This document shows positions 52,780 through 64,000 of a stretch of DNA of 64,000 nucleotides, piece after piece. The stretch is from Paraspadella gotoi. Taxonomy: Eukaryota > Animalia > Chaetognatha. The translations under genes were made by a program, and so were the position numbers. Where the stretch lies: positions 8,532,843 to 8,596,842 of the forward strand of contig CM119267.1 in NCBI GenBank assembly GCA_051294375.1, read 5' to 3'. The notes beneath the pieces were generated by a model. It worked only from the letters and a program-made list of their open reading frames with translations, made no database searches and had not been told where the DNA came from. Position 1 is the stretch's first letter. Each line of letters begins with the position of its first letter.

Positions 52780-54848
52780 CGAGCTGGACCCGGCAGACAG
52801 GATTGATTGCAGAAATAGAGAGGAGTGTTCGAAGTATTCGATAGCAAAGGACTCAGACGTTTGGAAAAGGAGGAGACCAAATGTTGGAGTAACGAAAAAA
52901 ACGTTTTCTTCCTTCCGTTACACAGTTTCGTTTTCTTGAGTCAATTAATACCTCTTGATCTTCAACGTTTTTCCCGTGATTCTTCACTCATTTTCGCTAG
53001 TAAGGTTAATCTTTCTCCTTGTCAGGTTTGTCTCTGTCTGTTTCTTTCTTTCTTTCTTTCTTTCTTTCTTATCTTTCTTTTCTTCTTTCTTTTTTTTCTT
53101 TCTTTCTTTCTTTTTCTTTCTTTTCTTTCTTCTATCTATCTAATCCAAAAATCCGCTTATTCTCCCTTTCTCTCTTTCACCTCTTTTACACCCCTCCAGC
53201 TCGTTGTTACATGCGCCCGCTCGTTTCTTGTCTGGACTTGCCTGGACCTGTCCACTGAGCAGTTGTCCAGTTTGGACTTACTGGACTGGTTTGGCTCCAT
53301 CTAAACCTGGTCTGGGCAAGCCTTTAATCTAGTCTGCTCGGCTCTGTTCAGGTTTCTCTTTGGTTCTCTTTCGGTTTCTTTCTCTACTCTAACTGTTCCT
53401 TTGCCTTCCCTTTTTATCTCACTTTAAAAACTGTCACCTCCTTTTTCCCCGTTTTCAGCCTCATTTCTTTCCCGCGTTACTTAAAGTAGGACGCTCACTT
53501 GTGTTTAGGTCCTGAAGAAGCTTAGCGCTTCGAGTCCGCAAAGGAAATAAATTGGGAATAAAAAAAAGAAAGAAACAAAATAACAACGTAAACGAATGGA
53601 AATGGGGAGAGTAGAGAAGAGAGAGGGAGGGAGAAGAGAGAGAGAGAGAGAAGAGAGAGAGATGAGAGAGAGAGAGAGAAGAGAGAGAGAAGAGAGAGAA
53701 GAGAGAGAGAGCTAAAAAGAGAAAGTCTTATAAGAGCTAAGATTGAAAAGATGTTTGGGATAATCCAGCTAAGTGGCTTTTTTCACGCTTGAACCAAAAC
53801 GTCTATCGGTTTTTTCCTTGCTTCAGTTGAAGAGTGGAGGGAAGATGAGGAGAGAGAAGAGAGAGCAGATGAGAGAGTAGAGAGAGAGAGAGGAGAGAGA
53901 GAGAGAGAAGAGCGACGAGAGAGAGAGAGAGGCCCCTGTTTTTGTCAGGAGTCTCTCGACCCTCAACTTCTCAATAGAACCGGAAAAGGAACCTCGTTGT
54001 GGTTTAAAACGCGATGCGTCGCTGACGGAGAACGGTTTACGTCGCAATCGACGTCGTGTGTCGGCTGAGTTAGTCTAAAGTTTAATATATTTTCAGAATC
54101 AAATAAGTTTAATATAATTTAATATTTTATCAGAATCAAATTAAGTCTGTCGATGTCCCACGAAATCATTACCCTGTTAATGCTTCTATATCACCAAATT
54201 GTGCCCGCTAATGCCCACGATCATGTCTATTTACTTCTTTAGCTAAGGCGTAAGGCTAAGATTAGAAATTAATGTGATTTAAAATATTAATTTAATTAAA
54301 ATAATTAATTCGTGAACATTTTTTTCATTTTTAAGTTTATGACGATCACGCTAAATTATATATGTTGGCAATCATGTTGAAAAAAGAATTGAAAATGTTG
54401 CTACTTTTTTTAAGTTTTCTCTCGCGAGAACGAGGTTCAATACAAAACTGATACTTATTATTCAATATTGACAGTCATTCCACATCTTTCGATCTAAGAA
54501 GAACAAAAACTACCATTTGCTTCTTCTCTTACAGTCATTCCTTAAATAATATGTTAGTTTACTCGAGATTTAAATTCCGACTCGTGACATCATCCTCGCA
54601 AATTTTCCTTAACTATAATCAAATCGAATTGAATCGTGTAAGGTAAACACGTCTAACTCAGTCCCTTTCTTCCTCCTCCTCTACGCAGTTCGTATCTTGA
54701 ACGATTCTGCGTTTTGGCTAAATAAAACACAGGCGAGATTCGGTAAGTTAAGTCTAAGTAAAGCATCTAAATCATTTTAATTATTACCTAACGATTTAAT
54801 AATAAACTGTTTAATTTTAAGCAATCTTACGACCAAGGAAAAGAGGAA

Positions 54849-55735
54849 CAGCCGAAGTACAAACTTCACTACTTTGTACATGAAGGCGAGAAGGGCGAGC
54901 TGATTCGCCTGCTGCTTCGCTTACGCCGGCGAAGAGACGAGGACGTTACGATATTTCGCCGAGAGCGGTGAGCTATTTTTTTCAAGATTCTAAGAAGTGT
55001 GGGTAGCCGCTTGAGCTGCCATAAATAGCCTTAAAACGGCCTTTATAAACATTCCAGTACCCGAACAGCCCGGGAGTCCAACGGTGGACGAAAAAGCCAA
55101 GGCGGGATGGCCGCCTGCCGGACAAGAATGCCAGGTGGGCCTGGAGATCGAATCGCGAAAGTATGCCAGCAATCGTCGTCGCGCGACACTTTGGCGTAAG
55201 AAGTTCGACCTGATGGACAAAACGAGAAAGAGGTGTACGAAAAGAGGGGCGGGGACACATGTCGTTTTTAAAAAAAAATGTTAATTCGTTAACTCGTCCA
55301 GGAAAACTGAAAGTGGACATGGTGCAAAAGCCATGCTGTTGGATCTGGCGTCAAAGCGATCAAATGAAATACGAGGCGGATGAAGAAGGAACCGAGAATG
55401 AAAACACAAAATTGATCAAACGTAAGTTGTTAGGAGGAAGGGAGAAATTCTGAAATATTACTTTTGAGAAATATGGAGTAAGTTTTTTAATTACTGCACT
55501 ATGCAACGGTCATAAGGCCAATTGCAATTAATGTCAATTGCCAAACCGTAGCGAAAATCATTCATTCAGTCTTTTTTTTTGGGGGGTCAACTTTCAATTT
55601 TTTTATAATTAGATTTCCCCAATTGATGGAAGAAAGATTGAGAATTGGATCGAAGGGATTACGTCCTCAGTTCGGGCGATTTCTTTGGTCGGCTTGTTCT
55701 CTTTGACTCTGTCTAATGCGCTGCGCCAACGAGAC
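54849..55735 (+). pseudogene. Sigma-class (HPGDS-like) glutathione S-transferase with many frameshifts (pseudogene or uncorrected read errors)
   Basis: Across shifting frames reads PKYKLHYF..GELIRLL/FAYAGEE..EDV, then GQ/MP..LEIESRKYA..KKFDLM, then KLKVDMV..KYEADEE, then a C-terminal-domain fragment. Candidate exons ~54849-54967, 55058-55232, 55302-55421 and 55613 onward, with GT/AG borders. Confidence 0.7.
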
Positions 55736-58700
55736 CAAAAAAAATATATCATTTATGAAATTGGTAACAACAATATAAATCAATTATCCATTATTTAATA
55801 AATAAGCTATCTTGTCTCTGAATTGGACAAGGCTTTAGCTGTTTAGGCGCTCTACATCCACACTTACAAGAAATAACAAGCAGGTTTCTTACAAGCTTTC
55901 AATTCATGACTCTCTCCACAGCTCGTTTATCACTCCCATGAACCTGGCTCCCATCAGATGAAGTGTATAATAATATCTTCTTTCTTTTTCAATATATCAT
56001 TATTTACCATTTGCTCCGGTAATCTCCTCGTCAGGAAACTTGATGGCAGAACTTTTTTTGCCCGACACATCGAAGTCACCGCAAAACCAAAAGGTCCGCC
56101 GACACGTGATGCCAATGAGAGGATCAAGGCTGGATGGAGTCTCGAACAAGTTGATCGTGAAAGACTTATGATCTGAAATGATACAATTCCAAAAAAAAAC
56201 AAGACCTGAATATTTGATGGCAACACACCTTGGTGACAATATTAGGAATATCAAATCCTTTTTAGTGAGGGACGTTCAATCGTATTGCATTAATTCAAGC
56301 CCATTCTACCAAGGTTGTCTAATTTTTTTTTTTAACCTTTTAATTAAATAACTTGTTCGCTCGTATTTCTTTGAATTAAAAATAAAAAGTGTTGCCTTTA
56401 AACCTTCTTACGCAGATTTAATTGGATTATTAGAAGTTAATATTCATAATTAGCATCATAAAAACCTGTTTGCTTTATGAAATTTTGTGTAGACTATCTT
56501 TTATAGAAAAAATGTCATATACTTTTTTCCTAGAAGCTATTCGGATCAGAACGTGTTGTTTTCACAGCGCCTTTGATTCTTGGCAACAATGGAAATTGAA
56601 TTGTCAAACGGCGCGCACATGTACTCTCTTGCCCTGTCGCAATTAAAAACAAAGATGTCACAATTAAAATTCTCCCCTCAGATTCTGTTTTAATAATAAA
56701 GTAATATCGCAGTTTTAGCAATGCCTTCGATTACTAACTAAACTGAGAATCATAAGTTATAAACTATATATGTAGATAAAAATAAACGAAGATTGCGCCA
56801 ACTCATGGAACGACGCTCAAACACGGGGGGAACGCCCTCTGCTCCTCCAGGCGGCCGCCTCATTCATTCGAGAGGCCTCAATGAACTTTAGGCGGGGATT
56901 AACCAAGCCTCCAATGGTTCGTCACCATGCCGACCGTCGTTTAGGCTGCGAAATAGAGACGAAGACAACGACAGACGCCGACTTAACTCCGCAGTGACGC
57001 GAATTAGACTAAATAGGACCGCATCGCAAATTTCTTTTCCCCCCCCTTATCCGGCGGTCGGGCTGGCTTCCCCCCAATTCGTACGAAATTGAAAAGGAGA
57101 GAGAGAAGAAGAGCAGAGAGAGAAGAGAAGAGAGAGAGAGACGAGGAGAGAAGACAAGAGAGAGAGAGAGAGAGCAGAGAGAGGAGAGAGAGGAATCGAT
57201 TCTAACTCGTCATTGACCCAGAAACCACGAGCGCGGATTTACTGCCGCCAATCGATCCCCAGCGACATCCAAGAGTCGAACCCGACGGCGGACCCGGAGA
57301 GTGAAAGGGAGGTCGGCCGCCGAGAAAAGATAGATGGGAGAAGGAAATTGAATGCGCGATACGTGGACTTCGTTAAACTATTGGTAGCATTGTTATCAAG
57401 TGTTTTAAAACAACTAACATGCGTTTTATTACTTATACTCGTATATTCAAAGTAAAATCTAATTTTAGAGATTCCCAACGCAGGCACTCGCCGCTTCCAC
57501 ACGATGTAAGCCAGCAGCGCTTTAATTACAACTACGTGTAGAATTTATAATTTATATTTACATTTCTCTCTTTGTATGAAGGTTCACTAATTTTTTTTTT
57601 GTCCACCTTTTTTTTCACTCCTTCTCAGCCTTTTTTCATATCCCCCTTTACTTCCTCTCACATTTACATAGTACAAGCTCTCTCTTATTTCTTTTCCCTG
57701 GACGTATCCCAATTTTTTTTTTCTCTCTTTTCTTCTTCCCTTCCCTTTTCTTTCCTCTTCTCTTTTTTCCTTTTCCTTTCGACGAGAACAAAAAAAGGTC
57801 AGCGTCGTTCACGCAGAGAGAAGAAAAAAACCTTCAAAGCGAAATGACAGCATGGAGCCGTTGGAACGAATAAACGTCTCCAGTTAAAAGAATTGCTCTC
57901 GCTGGTCGCAATCCGGGATGCGACACCGTTGCGGAAACAACCTCGCCGTCCCCCTATTGGTTGTTTATATTTTCCGTAGCATGACATAACGAAAGGCGAC
58001 GTTTATTGAACTACGGAAGAATTGTCCTCTCTCGCATCCTTGAAGCCTCGCACGAACCTTGGGGGGACTCTTGTCGTTTGGTCAAACTTTCTTCGTTCAC
58101 CGTAGGACGCTTTTAAATTTCCGGTTAGGATCCAGAACGAGCTCTCGATTCCCTTGTCAATCACTCCTCTATTAGTGCTAATCGCTGACAGTTATACTAT
58201 TGAAAATTTAACATTCTCTCCTTTAGATTTTAATCGTCGTATAATTAATCTAATAATTTAATGAAAAAATTAAAAAAGTTAGAAATATATTAAAAGATCT
58301 ATTTCACTCCTACTAACCCCTTAGCCAGACGCACCTTCATACTGGACACCTCAGGACTATGTCCATTTTACGATCGGACGCCCCCTCCTATAATGTCGTT
58401 ATGAGCCAACCCTTCAGCAGAAGCCGCCTTAATGATAAGAAACTCTCTCTCTCTCTCTCTACTCTCCTCATCTCTCCATCTCATCTCTCCTCTCTCTCTT
58501 CTCTCTTTTTCTCTCTTTCTCTTCTTTTTCTTCTTTTTTTCTTTTCTCCTCTCCTCCTCCTCCAACAAAAGGGGTAAACGCGGCAAAGCTATGCCCTCCT
58601 CTCCACGCGGGTCCCGATCGGCAGCATGACCCTGCGCTCCGAGTGCAAAACCTCAACCTCTCTTCCTAATAAACAGCACTCTACCCTCCGTCCACATCTC

Positions 58701-58837
58701 GCCAATTTAGAATTCCATCCCGGTCCCCTCTTCCGATCCCCTCGTCCCTGTCCTTTCCTTCCGCCACCCTTACTCGCTCCTCCCCCCCTATCCCTCTAAT
58801 CCCAGTCCTACTACCCACTAAAGGACGTAGTGAAAGT

Positions 58838-59402
58838 TACATACGAAAATTCTAAAATGTCAAATTAATGAAACAACTCCACATGAATATTAATATGTTA
58901 AAAAATTATTTTAAATGTGTTAATTTTCGCAGTAGGCTATTTTATATATAGTACTATCCTTATAAAGCGAAAATTTCAAAATAAATCTTTCTTAATTTTA
59001 TTGCAGATGAAATTCCTCGCAAAAAGTTGTATAAAAGAAAATAAAATATTTTAAAAATTCTTTCATTAAGTGGTTAAAAATTATAAAAAACTACATTTAA
59101 TATATAAAATAAAGGTTAATTTTCAGCTAAAATATAGCTTTTTAATTTTGCACCATTAAAGGGATTTCAAAAGAGTATATTTCTTTTAACAACTTTTTAT
59201 GACGAATCCAAATCTGCAAAAACAATTTATAAAAAAAACTGTTTTTGAAATTTAAAATATTATGATTAGTACTAGTATATATGGCCTACTTGCGTAAATT
59301 GAAAATCTTATTATAAATTTTTTATTACATAAATTTTAATAGATACTGTTCATTTCTCACCTTTCGAATTTAATTAAAGTTAAATTTAGAAAATTTACTA
59401 TG
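58838..59402. mobile_element. AT-rich foldback/MITE-like element with long imperfect inverted arms
   Basis: aattttcgcagtaggcta..tatatagtacta (~58922-56) is complementary to tagtactagtatatatggcctacttgcgtaaatt (~59267-300). ttgcagat..aaaaagttgtataaaagaaa is complementary to tttcttttaacaacttttt..atctgcaa. A partial copy of the right arm lies at ~59720-59856. Confidence 0.65.
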
Positions 59403-60009
59403 CCTACACGCACCCCCGCCCCACCAAAAGGTCCGAAGTCCCTAAACGAGAATCGATTCTCTGTTCCCCGCTCAGAATCGAGAAAAACAAGACTCGAAAA
59501 TGGCGCCAAAAGCGTCGACCCCGTGACGACAGTAACGACACGACGACGACGACGACAGTGACGACCAAGTAATGACGTCCGCGACGGACGACAGCTGAGA
59601 CGCCAGGGTCTTCGCATTGTCAGCTTGATATTTAAAAAAGAGTTAATTCTTCATGTAACAACTTTCCAGACAATCAAATCGCAACAAAAAACAATCTTAC
59701 AAAAAACTATGAAATTTGATTACCATATAAAATATGGCCTAATGCTCATTAAAAAAATTTATTATAAAATTTTTTATAACATACATTTCATTCGTATAAA
59801 TGTAGTTCTACTCCTCACTTTAGAATTTAATAAAGTTAAATTAGTAATTTTACTACGATTTAGCGTTGACCCTCGAAAGCAACAGTGACGCCCGGATGAC
59901 GAAGATGAAGAACACTTTAACACGATCACCCGCGCCATCTTGATTACACAGCGCGACGACAGCTTGAGACGTGACCACAACAGCGACGAACACGTAACGA
60001 AACGACTTC

Positions 60010-60165
60010 TCTACCCGCTACCCGACTACCCGATCTACCCTCTACACCCGACTACCGACTAACCCGTCTACACACTACCCTCTACCCACTACCCGACACC
60101 CGTCTACCCACTACCCGACTAACGTTCCCCGTCCCCCGTCTCCCCCTCCTATCCGACTACCCGTC
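60010..60165. repeat. Degenerate (ctacccga)-type short tandem repeat
   Basis: Directly visible. Confidence 0.75.
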
Positions 60166-62346
60166 ACCCAACAAAGACGACACGACGCAAATGATGTCTG
60201 CCTCGTAGCAACTTTCCTTTTCCACCAAAACTCTCTACATCCAGCTCTAAATTCCACGAATCGTTCATCGCTGGAACTTGCTCATTTAATTTGTTCATCT
60301 TGTTTGTTTTTTTTAAATCTATATCTCCAGACTCTCATGCCTTTAAGAAATGGCACAAATATGAATTAACGTTCGTTACAAAGTAAAGTTTAAAATTAAA
60401 CTAATGGAAGAACGTCTAATAGAATAAACTGAAGAGTTAGTTAAACTGAGGCAAAACCGATCCGCAAAATGCTTTAACCTTCAAAAACGTTTCCCCACGA
60501 GAAAAAGAAAAAATCAAGAAAAGAGAGCAAAAGCTCTGGTTTTGACTTACAATTAAAAAAAAATAAAAAATAACACCGCAAACACACAAGTTACGAATTC
60601 TTTCCCTCCTCATTTTTTAGGTCGCCTGCGGAAAAAAAAAAACAACATAGACGTCCATTTCCGGGATAATTTATAAATCGACTACATGTTATAAAAAAAC
60701 GCAGTTGAAAAAGAAACGGTTGGCTCAATGAACCGCCCCGGGAATGAAACGGCGTAAAAACTCGAAATGAGCCGTACAATTTGCGGCAGGAAAGTCGAGA
60801 GATGCGCCCCAAAACCGACGACGACCATGGCGACGGAGTTTGGGGGATGGGGGGGGTGTACTAGAGGTTAGAGAAGGGGATGGGGCTTCGAAGACGAAGT
60901 CGACGAAATAAGATCGGGATGATTGCTTGCAATGGAATCGGCACAACTATCCGCCCTGAAAGACCTCGACATTGAATAATTTTTCTGATGCATACGTCGA
61001 AAATTGACGCAAATGACGATCACAAATGACAACAAAAACGACGACTAAATGTAGGCTGGAACCACACTAACCAAACACTAATCTACTATATTATACAATT
61101 GCAAACTAAAATTTACCAAAAAAGACTAACGACAAAAACGAAGACGAAAAGACGAAAAAAAAACCGGACGACAGATTCTCAAACGACTTCCGTGAAGGAA
61201 TACGATTCCCTTTTCGCGCCCGACAACGCGAAGGAAAAGCAAAAAGAAAAAGTGAAAAGGAAAAAAAAAGAGAGAGAAGTGAAAAGTCAAAATTCCCGGA
61301 ATCTTAAGATCAGGCGATTAAAATGAAAGTGACGAGAAAATAGATTAATTCAATAGGCGGGAAAAAAAGGGGAAAGTACAATTTTCTAAGAAAGCAGAAT
61401 TGAATAAAAAAGTCTACGAGAGTAAAGTCTTAACGAACACATTTTTGTTGAACTTCCGGTGAGAGCTGAAAAATGTTCTCATTTGACAAATCATCAAAAT
61501 CAAAAATCCAGCAAAAAATAAAAAGTCGTCGAAAATTCTAATAAAAATTTCAATGAAAAAGCAATTGAAGTTCTTGAATTTTTTTTTTAATTCTCTGAAC
61601 AAAAAATTTTCTTTGAAAAAAAAAAAACACTGAAATGTAATTCAACTCTTTTTTTATTTTCAATCCTTTGAAATTTTAACCTTTCAAATTCAGTCATCTG
61701 TGAAAGACGCAATTTGCGAAAGGAAAAGAATTTCACCATTCAACTGCCAGGTGACGACGATCACACGACGAGAGCGACGATGATAAACGACGCGATACTC
61801 ATGACTCATCAATTTCGAATTGAGTCGTAATGGAATATCGTCGCAGACGGGAAGGCTCTTTTCTCCTCTATTCTCCTCTCTCTTTCTTTCTTTTTTCTCT
61901 CTCTTCTCATTCTTTCTCTCTTCTCATTTTGTTTGTTGTTCTTTCTTTCTCTTTCCTCTTTCTCTCCTCCGCTCCTTTCTCTTTCTCATCGTCTCTCTCT
62001 CTCTCTCTCTTCTGTTCCGGGCCGCACTTTCCGAAACAAAAGAAAACGACGAGTCTCTCGAGACAGTTGATTTTTTTCACGACTCGGCTCAAGATTCTCC
62101 TTAGGCATCGCCCCTCCCTCCCCCACTTTTCAGTATACCCCCTTGCTAACATCAAGAAAAAGAATCAACACGTCCTTTATTCTAATACGCACTTCCAAAG
62201 TGTGAAGTCGTGAGTCAAAACATCACCCGAATAAAACAAGGCTTCACAGAAGTTCCGACTTAATAAGCTAAATGAATGCTACTTTTTATGAATCCAAAAA
62301 TGGAAGCGGAAACGGACTTGAAAGAATAATGGTCACCGGGGCCAGG

Positions 62347-62378
<32 letters not shown>

Positions 62379-64000
62379 CAGAGAGAGAGAAAGAGAGAAG
62401 AGAGAGAGAGAAGAAGAGAAGAGGAGAGAGCTGTTTTTATGCGCCGCAATTTGGCTCGAGCTCGAATACATCATAGAAGGAAGAGTAAAATCAACAGTGG
62501 ATAGAGAAATGGAGAGTGGAGTCATAAACTCAAAACGCTGGCCGAGCGAAGTAAAGAGAGAAGGGTAAGTGACATGTAATGAGATGGCGGAAAAGGGAGT
62601 TACCGAAGTTGAGTAACAAAAGAGTCCAGGAATAATATCGGAAAATTGAGTTTATGTCTTACAAAAAAGAGGTGGATTGTGAATGTTCAAATACCAAAAT
62701 AAATTAGTAACCATCTAAAAATAAGACCAATTCGTTAGAAAACGTTTAAACAATTCCAACACACGCACAATAACTTTTTTTATCATACTGAAATAAAAGT
62801 CTAAAGCGATGGTTATGCCCATTTGGATAAATATCATCCATTTTAGTGAGACTAAAATGTTTATGTCGCTCTTGTTTCATCGGTCGTTCGTGAAGCACAT
62901 TTCTCCTCTTCTCAATTATCTTTATCTCTCTTTCCCATTTTTAAAAACACGGGACAGACGACGGACGTCTTGGGACGTATTCCACGTCAGATATACGCCG
63001 AGTCTTCTTTGTCGATTCTTTCATTTTTTCTTCTCGACGGAATCATTGTTAAAAAAGACACTTCATTATATTATCTTTATACACACAAATGAAAACAGCT
63101 GGTCCTCTTAGATTGCCTCATAGAATTAGAGAACAAACAGCATCCGGAAACGGAAACAAAAATACAATTTATCTGCCCCACTCCTGCCTCAAAATTCACA
63201 AACCAGTAAATTTCTATAAAAGTCAAACAAGAATTCTATATTATGTGGTTGTTTATAAAAAAAAAAAGGAAAACTTCTCGAACAGACAAACGTTTCAAAA
63301 CATTTGAGAATCCGGTAATCGCCAGAAAAAAGTTAAATCGTCAAAAAAACCATTTTTTCTTCGCATGACACCGTCTTCCCGGTTGTGGAGAGAGTGATGA
63401 AAAAAAAACACGTGTGACGGGGTCGGGCGAAGCGAGATTTGGGGGAAAAGGGGAGCGAGGAAAAGGGGGGAACAAAATACGAGATGATGAATGGACCTGA
63501 GGAGGAAAGGAGGAACAAAGAATCAAAAGGAAAATAACGAAGATTGAAGTGTTTGGTGAAATGAAGGAGAAAAGGGATAAAAGGAAGTGGCAAGAAGGGA
63601 GGAACAGGAGAAAAAAAAAAGAAGGAAGAAGGAAGGGAAGCAAGAAGGAAGGTGTGAAGGAAGGAAGGAAGAATGAGGAAAGAAGAGAAGGAAGAAAAGA
63701 AAGAAATTAGAAGATGCAAGGAAGAAAGAAGAGAAAGGAAAGTAGGAATGAAGGAAGGAGAAGGCGAAGGAGATAGGAGAAAGGAAGAGAGAAGGAAAGA
63801 AAGGAAAGTAAAGATAAGGGAAGGAAGGGAGAAGGCAAGGAAGGAATAAAGAAGGAAGAAGAAAGAAGGCAAGCGAAGGAAGGAAGGAAGAAAAGGAAGG
63901 AAGGAAGGAAGTGGGAAGGAAGGAAGGAAGAAGAAGAAAGAAAGAAGAGAAAGAAAGTAGGAAGATAAGAATAAAGAAAGAGAAAGAAAGTAGGAAGGAA

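Noticed and set aside
53505-53540. CTGAAGA-AGC/GCT hairpin resembling a Penelope-type hammerhead
   Set aside because: GAAA core missing (GAGT instead) and no helix I or III.

Overview
Eukaryotic, most likely invertebrate animal, draft-assembly sequence. It has AT-rich introns full of (AG)n/(CT)n microsatellites, CpG-rich exons, N gaps and stretches of indel-noisy long-read-like sequence. Most ORFs in the supplied track are microsatellite artefacts. Genes reconstructed by hand: an intronless 400-aa APH/ecdysteroid-kinase-like phosphotransferase (31319-32521, +), a gene of at least 10 exons encoding a mostly low-complexity protein with a C-terminal ZU5 domain (41145-47819, -), a complete 8-exon PKA type II regulatory subunit (50182-52303, +), and a frameshifted sigma-class GST (~54849-55735, +). 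About 4.2-31 kb is a ~9.4-kb unit present three times, at least partly a gap-filling artefact. The best find is a ~237-bp element present twice (30911-31147 and 48927-49162). It has TGTGGCA...TTGCCATA ends and its own 4-bp target-site duplication in each copy, like a solo LTR. Inside are a tRNA-like Pol III A/B-box followed by a circularly permuted twister-ribozyme-like fold. This suggests a small-RNA-promoter LTR that also carries a self-cleaving ribozyme, resembling a retrozyme. All alignments and folds were done by eye and no database search was possible.
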